From the IMG/VR virus record IMGVR_UViG_3300045988_021436, positions 1-54,857 of that record: a DNA stretch of 54,857 nt. One strand, written 5' to 3'. Made by a program: the position numbers and the translations under genes. This stretch comes from a virus. Under the pieces are notes generated by a model. That model did not search any database, was not told the origin of the DNA, and was given only the letters and a program-made list of their open reading frames with translations. Below, piece by piece: positions 40,497 to 49,388 of this stretch. Numbering within the stretch: position 1 is the first letter of the stretch; every line of letters begins with the position of its first letter.

Positions 40497-41317
40497 TAAG
40501 CATCCCTCCATTCGTCAAATACCGTCTTCTCTTTCTTTGCAGTTACTTTTTGGTTCAAATAGCTTTCAAACTTTGTACCAAACAGTGTAGCCGGTCTTAA
40601 ATACTTCTCCTGTTCAGTTCCAATCCATTCGGCAGACTTTTTATCAATCACCGTAAAGAAGTCATCCTTTGTGTAGCCATCTCTTAATCTTGCCCTTATG
40701 TGTTTCTTACTGTCTGCCGTTGTATGTTTATATCTAGTATTACACTTAGTATTTAAATAATCTATAATATCTTTAATAATATCTATATCTTTAGTATTAT
40801 TTATATTATTTACTGTATCTCTATATATACTATTAACAGTATCAGATACAGAATCAGAATCAGTATCAGAATCAGTATCAGAAACAGATGTTACCATAGG
40901 GTATGCATACCCTATCGGTAAAACACCGTTCCTTATTGAATTTACTACGTCTAACACGTATTTCTTAAAAGATTCACTCTTAATAAACTGTGCTACTTTT
41001 TCAACTCCTGTTAATACCTTTTCCGATCTGCTCCAATTGTACTTGTGCCAATTAAGAATCAAAACTTCTTTGGTTGAAGAATCAAACTTGATTACGTTGT
41101 GAGCCTTATCAAATCTTTCTAACAATCTGATAATAGTTTCCTTGTTGTAACCAGTCTGCCTTGTCATCTGTGAGTAACTAACTTCATAGCAACCGCATAT
41201 ATTAGTTTGTGGATTGGTAAGCAAATATAAATAAAAGTATTTATCTTCCGGTGTAAAGTCATCCTCAACCTTATTGTCAGTCCAAAACGATAACTGTACA
41301 TTTCTATAAATTGCCAT
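40496..41317 (-). CDS. Phage replisome organizer (DnaD-like, with the conserved phage C-terminus)
   Basis: The N-terminal MAIYRNVQLSFWTDNKVEDDFTPEDKYFYLYLLTNP and the C-terminal IIDYLNTKCNTRYKHTTADSKKHIRARLRDGYTKDDF...LRPATLFG both fit the family. Confidence 0.8.
   Translation of the reverse strand: MAIYRNVQLSFWTDNKVEDDFTPEDKYFYLYLLTNPQTNICGCYEVSYSQMTRQTGYNKETIIRLLERFDKAHNVIKFDSSTKEVLILNWHKYNWSRSEKVLTGVEKVAQFIKSESFKKYVLDVVNSIRNGVLPIGYAYPMVTSVSDTDSDTDSDSVSDTVNSIYRDTVNNINNTKDIDIIKDIIDYLNTKCNTRYKHTTADSKKHIRARLRDGYTKDDFFTVIDKKSAEWIGTEQEKYLRPATLFGTKFESYLNQKVTAKKEKTVFDEWRDA
40841..40886 (-). repeat. Short tandem repeat (atcaga/atcagt hexamers) encoding an SDTDSDTDSDSVSDT linker
   Basis: Read directly. 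It lies in frame inside the replisome organizer gene. Confidence 0.8.
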
Positions 41318-41318
41318 C

Positions 41319-41615
41319 TCAAATCACCTCTTCAAATAAAATAGAATATCCTTTAGCAAGTGCATATCCGTATTCCTGACACGAACCGCACGAATCTTTC
41401 CAACCGTCCAACATATAGATTGTTTTGCACATATCTAATAGTGCAAAGCTAATCTTCATATAATCTTCGTGAGTAAAATCATCCGGCATATTTGAGTTGA
41501 CTTTTGCGGGGTTTATGCAACTAAATCCTAGTTTCTTTAATTCATTTTCCACTCTTTCAAAATGATTGAAGTAGTCCTTATCTTTTGTGATTGCACCGCT
41601 TATATAAATTCTCAT
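41319..41615 (-). CDS. DUF4406 / nucleoside 2-deoxyribosyltransferase-like protein
   Basis: MRIYISGAITKDKDYFNHFERVENELKKLGFSCINP...DGWKDSCGSCQEYGYA matches the family pattern. The start was chosen after aaagga. Confidence 0.65.
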   Translation of the reverse strand: MRIYISGAITKDKDYFNHFERVENELKKLGFSCINPAKVNSNMPDDFTHEDYMKISFALLDMCKTIYMLDGWKDSCGSCQEYGYALAKGYSILFEEVI

Positions 41616-41647
41616 GTAATCACATCCTTTCAAGCTCCGGTATGGCG

Positions 41648-41821
41648 TTATAAAATTTCTAACCAATAACCTTTTTCACCATCTTTTTCATACAAAAAAT
41701 CTGTATGAATATTTTCTTTCTCTAAATCATTCATAGTTTTAATCATATCTTCTGCATCAAAACATTTAATTGTGTCTCCGCTTTTTAACACAAAATCACC
41801 ACTTTTTAATCTTCCACCCAT
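41648..41821 (-). CDS. Small hypothetical protein (57 aa)
   Basis: Its ATG overlaps the end of the upstream gene. It is below the ORF-track cutoff. Confidence 0.35.
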   Translation of the reverse strand: MGGRLKSGDFVLKSGDTIKCFDAEDMIKTMNDLEKENIHTDFLYEKDGEKGYWLEIL

Positions 41822-42012
41822 TCAATACCACCGTTATACTTACCCGGACGTGATACAATCTTGCCCGGATAAGCTTTTTTCAAATAGGATAAATCGTATT
41901 GAATAGTTCTGTTTGTCACGCCAAAATATTCCGATAGCTGCCATACTTTCACAAATTTATCACGCTTCAATATGGCTATAATCTCTAATTGCCTTTTGTT
42001 AGACTTGTTCAT
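41806..42012 (-). CDS. Small winged-HTH (DeoR-type HTH) protein
   Basis: RQLEIIAILKRDKFVKVWQLSEYFGVTNRTIQYDLSYL. Confidence 0.55.
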   Translation of the reverse strand: MNKSNKRQLEIIAILKRDKFVKVWQLSEYFGVTNRTIQYDLSYLKKAYPGKIVSRPGKYNGGIEWVED

Positions 42013-42020
42013 ACAATCAC

Positions 42021-42296
42021 CTACAATTCTGCTTCTTTTCGCAAATAGTCCATGTATTTCATTGATTGTTCAAGCACATATACAGACATTGCATTAGTCA
42101 TTCTGTCGAGCATATCTTCATCATCTTTATAACGTTCATAAGAATTGTGTATAACCTCTCCTATTTGCGTGTATTGTGCCTTTCCTTGACTATTTATAAA
42201 GTTGGTAATGTCTTTCACTTCTCCACTCTTAATCTTTGATTTTAAGTAGTCTGTAAGCGTAATCTGACCATCACATGAATAATCATTTGATAACAT
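42021..42296 (-). CDS. Hypothetical protein
   Basis: ORF in operon context. Confidence 0.45.
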   Translation of the reverse strand: MLSNDYSCDGQITLTDYLKSKIKSGEVKDITNFINSQGKAQYTQIGEVIHNSYERYKDDEDMLDRMTNAMSVYVLEQSMKYMDYLRKEAEL

Positions 42297-43145
42297 TTAA
42301 TCACTCTCCAAATCAAATATGGTCATTTGCTTGTCTTTATCAAATACAAGCATTTCATTCTTTGCCCGTTCATAAAAATTCCTGTCAATTTCAAATCCAT
42401 AAGCGCTTCTTCCAAGTTCTGCGGCGGCTCTCAATGTGCTACCGCTACCACAGCAAGGATCTATAACTACATCTCCCTCGTCTGTAAAAATTTCAATCAG
42501 TTTTTTAATGACTGAAACAGGCTTTTGTGCCGGGTGAATCTTCGGTATATCTTTACCGTCTTTCTCCCATGTAAACCAATTAAATACCATATGACCTGTT
42601 CCTCTGATATTCTTTCCGTTTTCGTCCTGCTTGCAACCATTTCTGAATTTTGGAAGTTTATCACGATAAAGCACAAGTGCATATTCCGTAGCCCCTACGA
42701 TACGCATATTTGCTTTAAGTACCTGTGGACTGTAATTCTTAACAAACACTAAAGGTATGTAATTTACAAATCCGTGCTTCTTTGCCGCCGCAATCAATGT
42801 CTGCAACTGCTCAAATGAGCAAAACACGACCATGCATGGGCTGTTGCCACTTCTTCCTCTTGCGATCGGCTTGGAATCTTCTTTCTTCAACATCTTTGAA
42901 CAGAAATGGAAGTATTCATAAAGGTTGAAATTGAAATCAGAATTAAAAGCTGCTTTCTTTGCAAGTTTACTTTCTCCATTCTTATTATCCCCCCCGTTGT
43001 ACCACATAGGATTGCTACCATAGAAGTTAGTTCCTACATTGTAAGGAACATCAGCTATAATCAACTGTGCCGGAGGAATAGCATATTTCTTGTAATTCTG
43101 CATAGAATCACGATATATCTCACATTTAATCTTCTTTTTATACAT
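42297..43145 (-). CDS. DNA methyltransferase (beta-class N6-adenine/N4-cytosine type)
   Basis: Motif IV-like IIADVPYN lies upstream of motif I VVIDPCCGSGSTLRAAAELGR. Confidence 0.8.
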   Translation of the reverse strand: MYKKKIKCEIYRDSMQNYKKYAIPPAQLIIADVPYNVGTNFYGSNPMWYNGGDNKNGESKLAKKAAFNSDFNFNLYEYFHFCSKMLKKEDSKPIARGRSGNSPCMVVFCSFEQLQTLIAAAKKHGFVNYIPLVFVKNYSPQVLKANMRIVGATEYALVLYRDKLPKFRNGCKQDENGKNIRGTGHMVFNWFTWEKDGKDIPKIHPAQKPVSVIKKLIEIFTDEGDVVIDPCCGSGSTLRAAAELGRSAYGFEIDRNFYERAKNEMLVFDKDKQMTIFDLESD

Positions 43146-43213
43146 TCTAAATCTACCAAAAGGAAACCTGGGTTTTATGTCCGGACAACCTTATTCCTTT
43201 CTTTGATTTTTAG

Positions 43214-43429
43214 TTAGTTAAATCTGTTTCTTGGAAGAGTAAAATTTACTCTCTGACCGCAGTTATAGAACCACTTGTAAGAGTATTTAATAATATCTTT
43301 ACCTGTAAAAATCTGACCGCACACAGGACATTTGTAATCATCTTCGCTATCCTGTACAGCAATTATATCTTTTTCTTTCAGTTTTTCTTTTAAGTGGTCT
43401 AATACCTCTATGCAATCATTTCTTTTCAT
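43214..43429 (-). CDS. Small Zn-ribbon protein
   Basis: CPVCG ... NCG. Confidence 0.4.
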   Translation of the reverse strand: MKRNDCIEVLDHLKEKLKEKDIIAVQDSEDDYKCPVCGQIFTGKDIIKYSYKWFYNCGQRVNFTLPRNRFN

Positions 43430-43728
43430 TCTGAATCACCCACGTTCAATATCTCAAAAGGTTTGCCTTTGTCTAGCGTTAATTCCGTTCCGTCAATGTT
43501 GCCATTTAGCTTGTTTTGGCAGTGGCATAACAATGTTTCAAGGTCGCAGATTCTGCCAGCTCTGTATTCATCGCGAATAAAATCCAAAACCCTATCTACA
43601 CTTTCCAACCTATATGCAAGTTTATAATCATCACTACTTTTAAAACGGCTATCGGCAAGCTTTCTGAACCTCTCTCCCTCGGCGTATTTTTCTTTCGCCT
43701 TGTTTAAATATTCTTCCGCTTTTGTCAT
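43426..43728 (-). CDS. Hypothetical protein
   Basis: ORF with overlapping stops and starts. Confidence 0.45.
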   Translation of the reverse strand: MTKAEEYLNKAKEKYAEGERFRKLADSRFKSSDDYKLAYRLESVDRVLDFIRDEYRAGRICDLETLLCHCQNKLNGNIDGTELTLDKGKPFEILNVGDSE

Positions 43729-44321
43729 TCACTTTCACCCACTTTCAATAAATCCATAAATTTCTCATACTGTTTCTGCGATACCTTGTTATGCTTTTTA
43801 TCCTCTCTAATTTCGATTTTAAGGTGTTTTTCTGCAATAGAGGATAATTCCATTGCCAAAACCTTTTTGCCTTGCTGTATGCCCTGCGTATATGTCTTAG
43901 GTTGCTTATATTGACCTGTTACCAACTTGCCTTGACCTTGACTACCGGCTGTGACGTTGTACATCTGAAATCCCTTGTCAGCAAATTGCTTGATCGTAGC
44001 AACTTCCTTTTCGTCTAATTCAGATTTAGGGCAAGTTTTAAAATCTAACTTCCAACCATAAGGATTATCCTCACTGTAAAACCCGTGTTTCTTTAGACTT
44101 AATGCTATATGGTCGTATTCTCCAAGGTGTGAAGCGCATCTTTCACACAAATGTAATGCTTGCCCCACGTACGACCTCTTTATACCGGCTTCATCCACTC
44201 TGTGAAATGCGTATATTCCACTTGTGTTTGGAATATTAGGGCAAATAGACTTAATTCGATTTTCTCTAGCTGCTTTCTTTGCGTATATCTGCCTATAATT
44301 TGGTTTACTCACAAGAACCAC
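43725..44321 (-). CDS. GIY-YIG nuclease-domain protein
   Basis: SGIYAFHRVDEAGIKRSYVGQALHLCERCASH, i.e. GIY...YVG...R. Confidence 0.6.
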   Translation of the reverse strand: MVLVSKPNYRQIYAKKAARENRIKSICPNIPNTSGIYAFHRVDEAGIKRSYVGQALHLCERCASHLGEYDHIALSLKKHGFYSEDNPYGWKLDFKTCPKSELDEKEVATIKQFADKGFQMYNVTAGSQGQGKLVTGQYKQPKTYTQGIQQGKKVLAMELSSIAEKHLKIEIREDKKHNKVSQKQYEKFMDLLKVGESE

Positions 44322-44604
44322 CCCAATCTAATTTCTGACCACAATCAGAACAAAAAACATCTGTTCCATCACAATCACGACTTACATTCAAACCGCAAGT
44401 AGGGCATTCGCCGTCATCAAATCCATCAAATTTATGAATATGCCTTAATTGCACCTTTTTTGGTATCTGTTTTTCAAGTGCTTGTATTGCCATTTCGTTA
44501 GCTTTGTAATCATCTTCTGTAAACTTGCAGTCGTTGTTCTCGTCCGTAATCTGCATAAACAATCGCATATTTTTCAGTTTTTCTATTGCTTCACTCTCTG
44601 TCAT
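44305..44604 (-). CDS. Hypothetical protein with a C-terminal Zn ribbon
   Basis: CPTCG...CSDCG. Confidence 0.45.
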   Translation of the reverse strand: MTESEAIEKLKNMRLFMQITDENNDCKFTEDDYKANEMAIQALEKQIPKKVQLRHIHKFDGFDDGECPTCGLNVSRDCDGTDVFCSDCGQKLDWGGSCE

Positions 44605-44605
44605 A

Positions 44606-45004
44606 TTATCCCTCGCTTTCTAATAACTCTGGATTGTCAAATTTGTTGCCAACACGCTCCAATTCATCCGAATAATATAGATTTAACATCAAGTTATAAT
44701 CGGTTACTTTCACAACAATACCATTAACACAAACACAATTGACATCTGTTGCATCAACAATATCATTCTCCCAAATCAACTTTCCATTCTTATCTTTCAA
44801 ACCTGTGCATTGGCAGATTGTGAATGGGTCTACCAACTTAAAACCGCCAAATCCATAAGATTGTCCATTGAGCGAGGAATATTCACTCATGCACTCATAA
44901 GGATTTTCGCATACATAACAATCCTTCTTTGCATAAATTAAATATCCTTCCACCCATTCTCCGTTGTCAACCCTTTTTGCCCTGAATAAATATCTATCTT
45001 CCAT
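44606..45004 (-). CDS. YopX family protein
   Basis: YLFRAKRVDNGEWVEGYLIY...CQCTGLKDKNGKLIWENDIV. Confidence 0.8.
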   Translation of the reverse strand: MEDRYLFRAKRVDNGEWVEGYLIYAKKDCYVCENPYECMSEYSSLNGQSYGFGGFKLVDPFTICQCTGLKDKNGKLIWENDIVDATDVNCVCVNGIVVKVTDYNLMLNLYYSDELERVGNKFDNPELLESEG

Positions 45005-45132
45005 ATTCCATCCTTTCTAATTCCTCTAGAATTTTCTTAGCTTTAGCACTGTGTTCGTTACATTTTTCATACAATAAACTCATTATTGAAAAATAAAATT
45101 TTATTACCGCAAGATGAAACTCAAATCTAACT

Positions 45133-45651
45133 TCATTCATTTTTTATACTACCCCATTCCGCTTCTGATTGAAGCCATTTTAATGCTATTTCTCTGTCTT
45201 TCTTCTTACCACAGTTAAAAGCGCAGCCCTGTGCAAAACTATCACAATAATTAGCACAATCAAAATTCAGACTGCCTATAATAAGTTCTGCCAACTCTTC
45301 ATCTGACATATTCCTTATCCTGTCGGCATTCGTTGTTTTCTTTTCTACAATTTCAAAACATTCCTTTTTCCATTTCAGTACATAATCTACATAATAAGAA
45401 CTATATCCAACGTTATAACAATCCTCTCCAACCTTTTTATATTTAATCTCGTAATATGGTTTTTTACCAATCATTCTAAAAATTAAATATAATTCAGTTA
45501 CTTTTATTTTCTCGTTTTTTGTACTGTCAAAAGAAACTTTAGTTTCAGTTCCCATAAAGCCACATCCTTTCCAATCGGAAACAACACTATGGCTACCCTT
45601 GTCACTGCCGTAACGCAAATTAAGTATTGTTTTACGTCCGAATTTCTTCAC
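45133..45651 (-). CDS. Hypothetical protein
   Basis: ORF. The start is uncertain. Confidence 0.45.
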   Translation of the reverse strand: MKKFGRKTILNLRYGSDKGSHSVVSDWKGCGFMGTETKVSFDSTKNEKIKVTELYLIFRMIGKKPYYEIKYKKVGEDCYNVGYSSYYVDYVLKWKKECFEIVEKKTTNADRIRNMSDEELAELIIGSLNFDCANYCDSFAQGCAFNCGKKKDREIALKWLQSEAEWGSIKNE

Positions 45652-45675
45652 CCATATTCAGACAACCGATTATTC

Positions 45676-46719
45676 CTAATATTTAATATTCATGTTCCCG
45701 TGTTCGTTTATCCAATCAATAGCTTGACGGTATGTAATTCCGTTGTTCTTGATAATATCTAACAGCCTATACATTCCAGGATGTGTTTCTTTGAGTTTTA
45801 CAAATCGTGCATCCTCCGGCTTTTCTAAATGGCAACCAAATCCACACATTACACATCCGGTTCTGCTACATCCGGTGGTTTTTAAAAGTGGTCGTTCCAG
45901 ATCGAATATCCCGTAGTCGGATAAACTCATTTGATTTTCACATTGTTTCATTGCGGAAATATCAACAACCACATCACCATAAACGCTGCATATCGGTAAT
46001 TTATTCTCATAAATGTATAAAAGCACATCCTGTTCCATCCAGAACGACATAGGATTGCTTGTAGGCTCTTTCATATCAAACCCGTTGCAACCGTTCTTAA
46101 GCCATTGTTGGGTTCTTAATCTGCTTTCGTCTGCCATCTGACCTAGAATTGCTTTTCTACCGGTTTCTTTTTCGTACCTATGTGCCGGTTCTTTCTTCAT
46201 CACATTGCAGCATTTATTTGAAACATCAAAAGGTGCGTCAAGCATAAATTCGTATTTCTTGCAAGTATATCTGTTCTTCTCTTGACCATCTGCATATTCT
46301 CCCGTTCCTGTTAATTTGCGATAAAAGGATGCGTAACACCCCCCCCTCAAAAATTTCTTAGAATGTGAAACACACTCGGAAACTTCCTTGCTGATAAGAG
46401 GGAACCCATACTTTTCGCAAACTTCCATAAAAGAAATCTTAGGTTTTACAATATCCACATTATCAAAAGACTTTACAAACTCTCTTAACTCGACATATTG
46501 CGTTGGAACATCTACAAACATTGCTTTCAAATCCGGGTACAATTTTCTAGCAATATCAAGTAACACCGTACTGTCTTTACCACCACTAAAACTGACGTAA
46601 ACTCCATCTTCACCAAAACGATCAACCCATTCTTCAATTCTCCGTTGTGTCATTTGGATTTTTACAGAAAGAGGAAGTGATTGCATCTGGTGTAAGTCTG
46701 TTATTGTGTGTTTAGACAT
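45676..46719 (-). CDS. PAPS-reductase-like (adenine-nucleotide alpha-hydrolase) protein with a C-terminal Cys cluster
   Basis: The VSFSGGKDSTVLL PP-loop and the C-terminal TGCSRTGCVMCGFGC. Confidence 0.75.
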   Translation of the reverse strand: MSKHTITDLHQMQSLPLSVKIQMTQRRIEEWVDRFGEDGVYVSFSGGKDSTVLLDIARKLYPDLKAMFVDVPTQYVELREFVKSFDNVDIVKPKISFMEVCEKYGFPLISKEVSECVSHSKKFLRGGCYASFYRKLTGTGEYADGQEKNRYTCKKYEFMLDAPFDVSNKCCNVMKKEPAHRYEKETGRKAILGQMADESRLRTQQWLKNGCNGFDMKEPTSNPMSFWMEQDVLLYIYENKLPICSVYGDVVVDISAMKQCENQMSLSDYGIFDLERPLLKTTGCSRTGCVMCGFGCHLEKPEDARFVKLKETHPGMYRLLDIIKNNGITYRQAIDWINEHGNMNIKY

Positions 46720-46999
46720 CTATACCACCTACCCTTACAACCTCAATCATATCTGCCAAAATGCCAGAACATCCAAATCTTTCTAATTCCTCTTCATACT
46801 CTTCCAACTGATTCACAACTGTATTTACGTCATAGGCTGTCGGCTGCTTGTCAATAAAATTAAACAAATCAATTACATCGTCGCTTGTACATATATGGTC
46901 ACTATACATAAGTCTGCCATTTTCGTTAAAATAAGCATCAAAGTGTTTTACTAATGCTTTTTTAAATTCATCCGCATCAATTAGTCGCATCTTCTTCAC
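46712..46999 (-). CDS. Hypothetical protein
   Basis: ORF in operon context. Confidence 0.45.
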   Translation of the reverse strand: MKKMRLIDADEFKKALVKHFDAYFNENGRLMYSDHICTSDDVIDLFNFIDKQPTAYDVNTVVNQLEEYEEELERFGCSGILADMIEVVRVGGIDV

Positions 47000-47345
47000 C
47001 TCTTAATTCTTCATAATAAAATTTCACATGATCCGTTATATGCTTCACTATGCCAAAACGTTCTGCCACTTGATAAGGTATACTATCACGCATAAGCCGT
47101 TTATGTATTTCTGAAAGGTATTTTCTATATCCTTCTATATCTAAGGTAGATTTATAGTGATTGCAAGACCGACAAGCAGGCATATAGTTAGATATATCAT
47201 CAGCCCCACCAATTCTAAGCGGTGTTGCATGGTCTACCTGCATATCTTTGTAATCTATTTCTGTACCACAATAAGCACAATGTCCGTTATACATGAGATA
47301 TACAGATTGTCTCACTTTTTTAGGTATTGCTTTTCGTTTATTCAT
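46977..47345 (-). CDS. HNH endonuclease
   Basis: CAYCG...VDHATPLRIGGADDISNYMPACRSCNHYK. Confidence 0.8.
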   Translation of the reverse strand: MNKRKAIPKKVRQSVYLMYNGHCAYCGTEIDYKDMQVDHATPLRIGGADDISNYMPACRSCNHYKSTLDIEGYRKYLSEIHKRLMRDSIPYQVAERFGIVKHITDHVKFYYEELRGEEDATN

Positions 47346-47658
47346 TTTTACCTCTCAATTCTTTCAGTTTTGCTTCGGCTTCTTCTCTTGTCGGAAACCA
47401 TTTTTTACAAAATTCTTCCCAAAAGATACCGATAAATATCATATCTGCTTTGCGCTTGACTATTGTTTCACTGTTTTTTATAAAATAAACGGTATCTCCC
47501 ACCTTACAAGGCAATTTAACAAGTCTGCCCTGTTCCTCTAAGTCCTCGTATTCTGCCAATCTGCGATATGCCGATTCCTTTCGCCCCCATCTTCTTGTTT
47601 CATCTGTATCAGAAATCCAGATTTCGCCTTTGCTTCCCTTGTTTGTTAATCTCTCCAT
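47338..47658 (-). CDS. Hypothetical protein
   Basis: ORF in operon context. Confidence 0.45.
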   Translation of the reverse strand: MERLTNKGSKGEIWISDTDETRRWGRKESAYRRLAEYEDLEEQGRLVKLPCKVGDTVYFIKNSETIVKRKADMIFIGIFWEEFCKKWFPTREEAEAKLKELRGKNE

Positions 47659-47765
47659 TACTGCTCCTTTCTACCACACAGGGTAATAATTCCCTTTATC
47701 ATCAGCAACCCAATAACCTGTGCTCCAAGTATCAGTTAATGGGTCGTAGACTTTTCTGCCTTTAA

Positions 47766-48008
47766 TCATCTTTCTTGCCTCTCATATTCTTCCATAGTTG
47801 GTCTTTTCCCATCTAAATCGTTCCAACTGTAAAGCTTGTGATTTTCATCTTGCCATTGACTTTTGTAGCAATTTCTACAACTACATCTTCCACTTAGCCA
47901 ACGCATTTCTCCGTAATACTCTGGCTTTCCACAGTGCTTACAAATTATAATTTTATCCACATATTTCTCCTTTCTAAAACGGACACTCTTTTTCTTTGTG
48001 TTTAGCAA
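47766..48008 (-). CDS. Small Cys-rich protein
   Basis: CKHCG...CSCRNC. Confidence 0.4.
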   Translation of the reverse strand: MLNTKKKSVRFRKEKYVDKIIICKHCGKPEYYGEMRWLSGRCSCRNCYKSQWQDENHKLYSWNDLDGKRPTMEEYERQER

Positions 48009-48294
48009 ATAATCTCTTTATCCACTTGGGCAACATACACTTCCATGTTGGAACATCAAGGCCACCTTTTCTGTCGAACAAGCACCCGCAATCATCACAT
48101 TCTCCCTCATAGCTTATGCTTTCCCAACCACAAGGACAATTCTCGCAATCATTGTCATACCAACAGTTAATTTCTGTGTAGTGTTCCCACTTATCAGAAT
48201 TTTCAATAGGCTTTGAATATTTGAATGTTGAAATTCTCACATTTCCAAACCGCTTGTCTATTTCAATGTCTTTATTCACTTTGAATAATTTCAC
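47974..48294 (-). CDS. Small Cys-rich protein
   Basis: ORF containing CENCPCGWES...CDDCGC. Confidence 0.4.
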   Translation of the reverse strand: MKLFKVNKDIEIDKRFGNVRISTFKYSKPIENSDKWEHYTEINCWYDNDCENCPCGWESISYEGECDDCGCLFDRKGGLDVPTWKCMLPKWIKRLFAKHKEKECPF

Positions 48295-48304
48295 CTTTTA
48301 CCTC

Positions 48305-49035
48305 CTAAAACGGACATTCGTTTGGGTTGCTTAAAACCCATTCTTTATTAGGCTCTGCAACGTCCACATTTGCATTTTTAGCAACTTTTTTCATCTTCTC
48401 GATAAAACTATCACTATCAGCATTTTCACTTGATAAATGACACATAATCACATTTTGTAAATCGTTTGAATTGTTCGATTTTACGAACTCACAAGCCGTG
48501 TCAATGCTTAAATGACCTCTGAATACATGGTTGGCTTTGCTTTGGTTATCCACATTTACTAAATCCTTATCGTAGTTTGTGCCTAGTAAAATGTGATTGA
48601 TTCCTTTGAACCTCCATTTAATCAGTTCGGTATCTGTGATATAAAGCATTCTCCCCATTTCCTTGTGAGTAATCAGAAAGCCGTATATCGGGCAAGGTGT
48701 TCCGTCTGCATTGGTATGTGTCCAGCTTCCGTCTATTGTCGTTAAATCAAAAGGTTTTACTGTAAATTCGCCCATATTCATTGATTTACAACTATCGCCT
48801 AAATATGGGGCAAGTATCGGTATTCCAATAAGCTTAAAATCGTTTAATGACTTGCTATGGTCTAGAGGTGGGTGTGACTTATAATCACACCCTTAATCCC
48901 CCTTATATTCCAATCTAAGCCTTTCTTAATCTCCTTAATCGGTATTCCGCAATCAAGGATAAGCGTTTCTCCACCGTTGGAAGTTAGCAGATAGCAATTT
49001 CCGGCCGACGATGAGCCTAAGCATTTTAATTTCAT
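48305..49035 (-). pseudogene. Metallo-beta-lactamase-fold hydrolase gene, split by a frame disruption inside the HxHxDH motif
   Basis: The N-terminal frame MKLKCLGSSSAGNCYLL...GVIISHTHL stops at a TAG. The downstream frame continues ..PPLDHSKSLNDF...MNMGEFTVKPF to 48305. The sequence cacacccacCTCTAgaccat has 5 nt where a canonical H-x-D spacing needs 3. Confidence 0.65.
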
Positions 49036-49037
49036 AC

Positions 49038-49388
49038 TCACACCTCAATTTCATCATCCTGTGGAAACTGAAAGATAGCATTGTTAATAAAATCTACTTT
49101 TGACGGCTGATTTTCTGCTCGCACAATAACACCGCCTTTCTTTAATCTTTCAAATTCCTTTTCCACATCAAGTGAAACATCAACATTCTGCATTACGATA
49201 GGCATACCGGTATATGTATCTATCAACATTTTCATAGCCTTAAACGCCTTTTCTTCTGTTGAATAACTACCCATTGAATATCTTTCATCACCAACTTTGG
49301 CAATAACACTTTCATATTCAACATAAACAACTGCCACTTCATAAGGAATATCAATTCTTCCACTCTGGCTAATAATTCTCATAATCAA
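49038..49388 (-). CDS. Hypothetical protein
   Basis: ORF in operon context. Confidence 0.45.
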   Translation of the reverse strand: MIMRIISQSGRIDIPYEVAVVYVEYESVIAKVGDERYSMGSYSTEEKAFKAMKMLIDTYTGMPIVMQNVDVSLDVEKEFERLKKGGVIVRAENQPSKVDFINNAIFQFPQDDEIEV

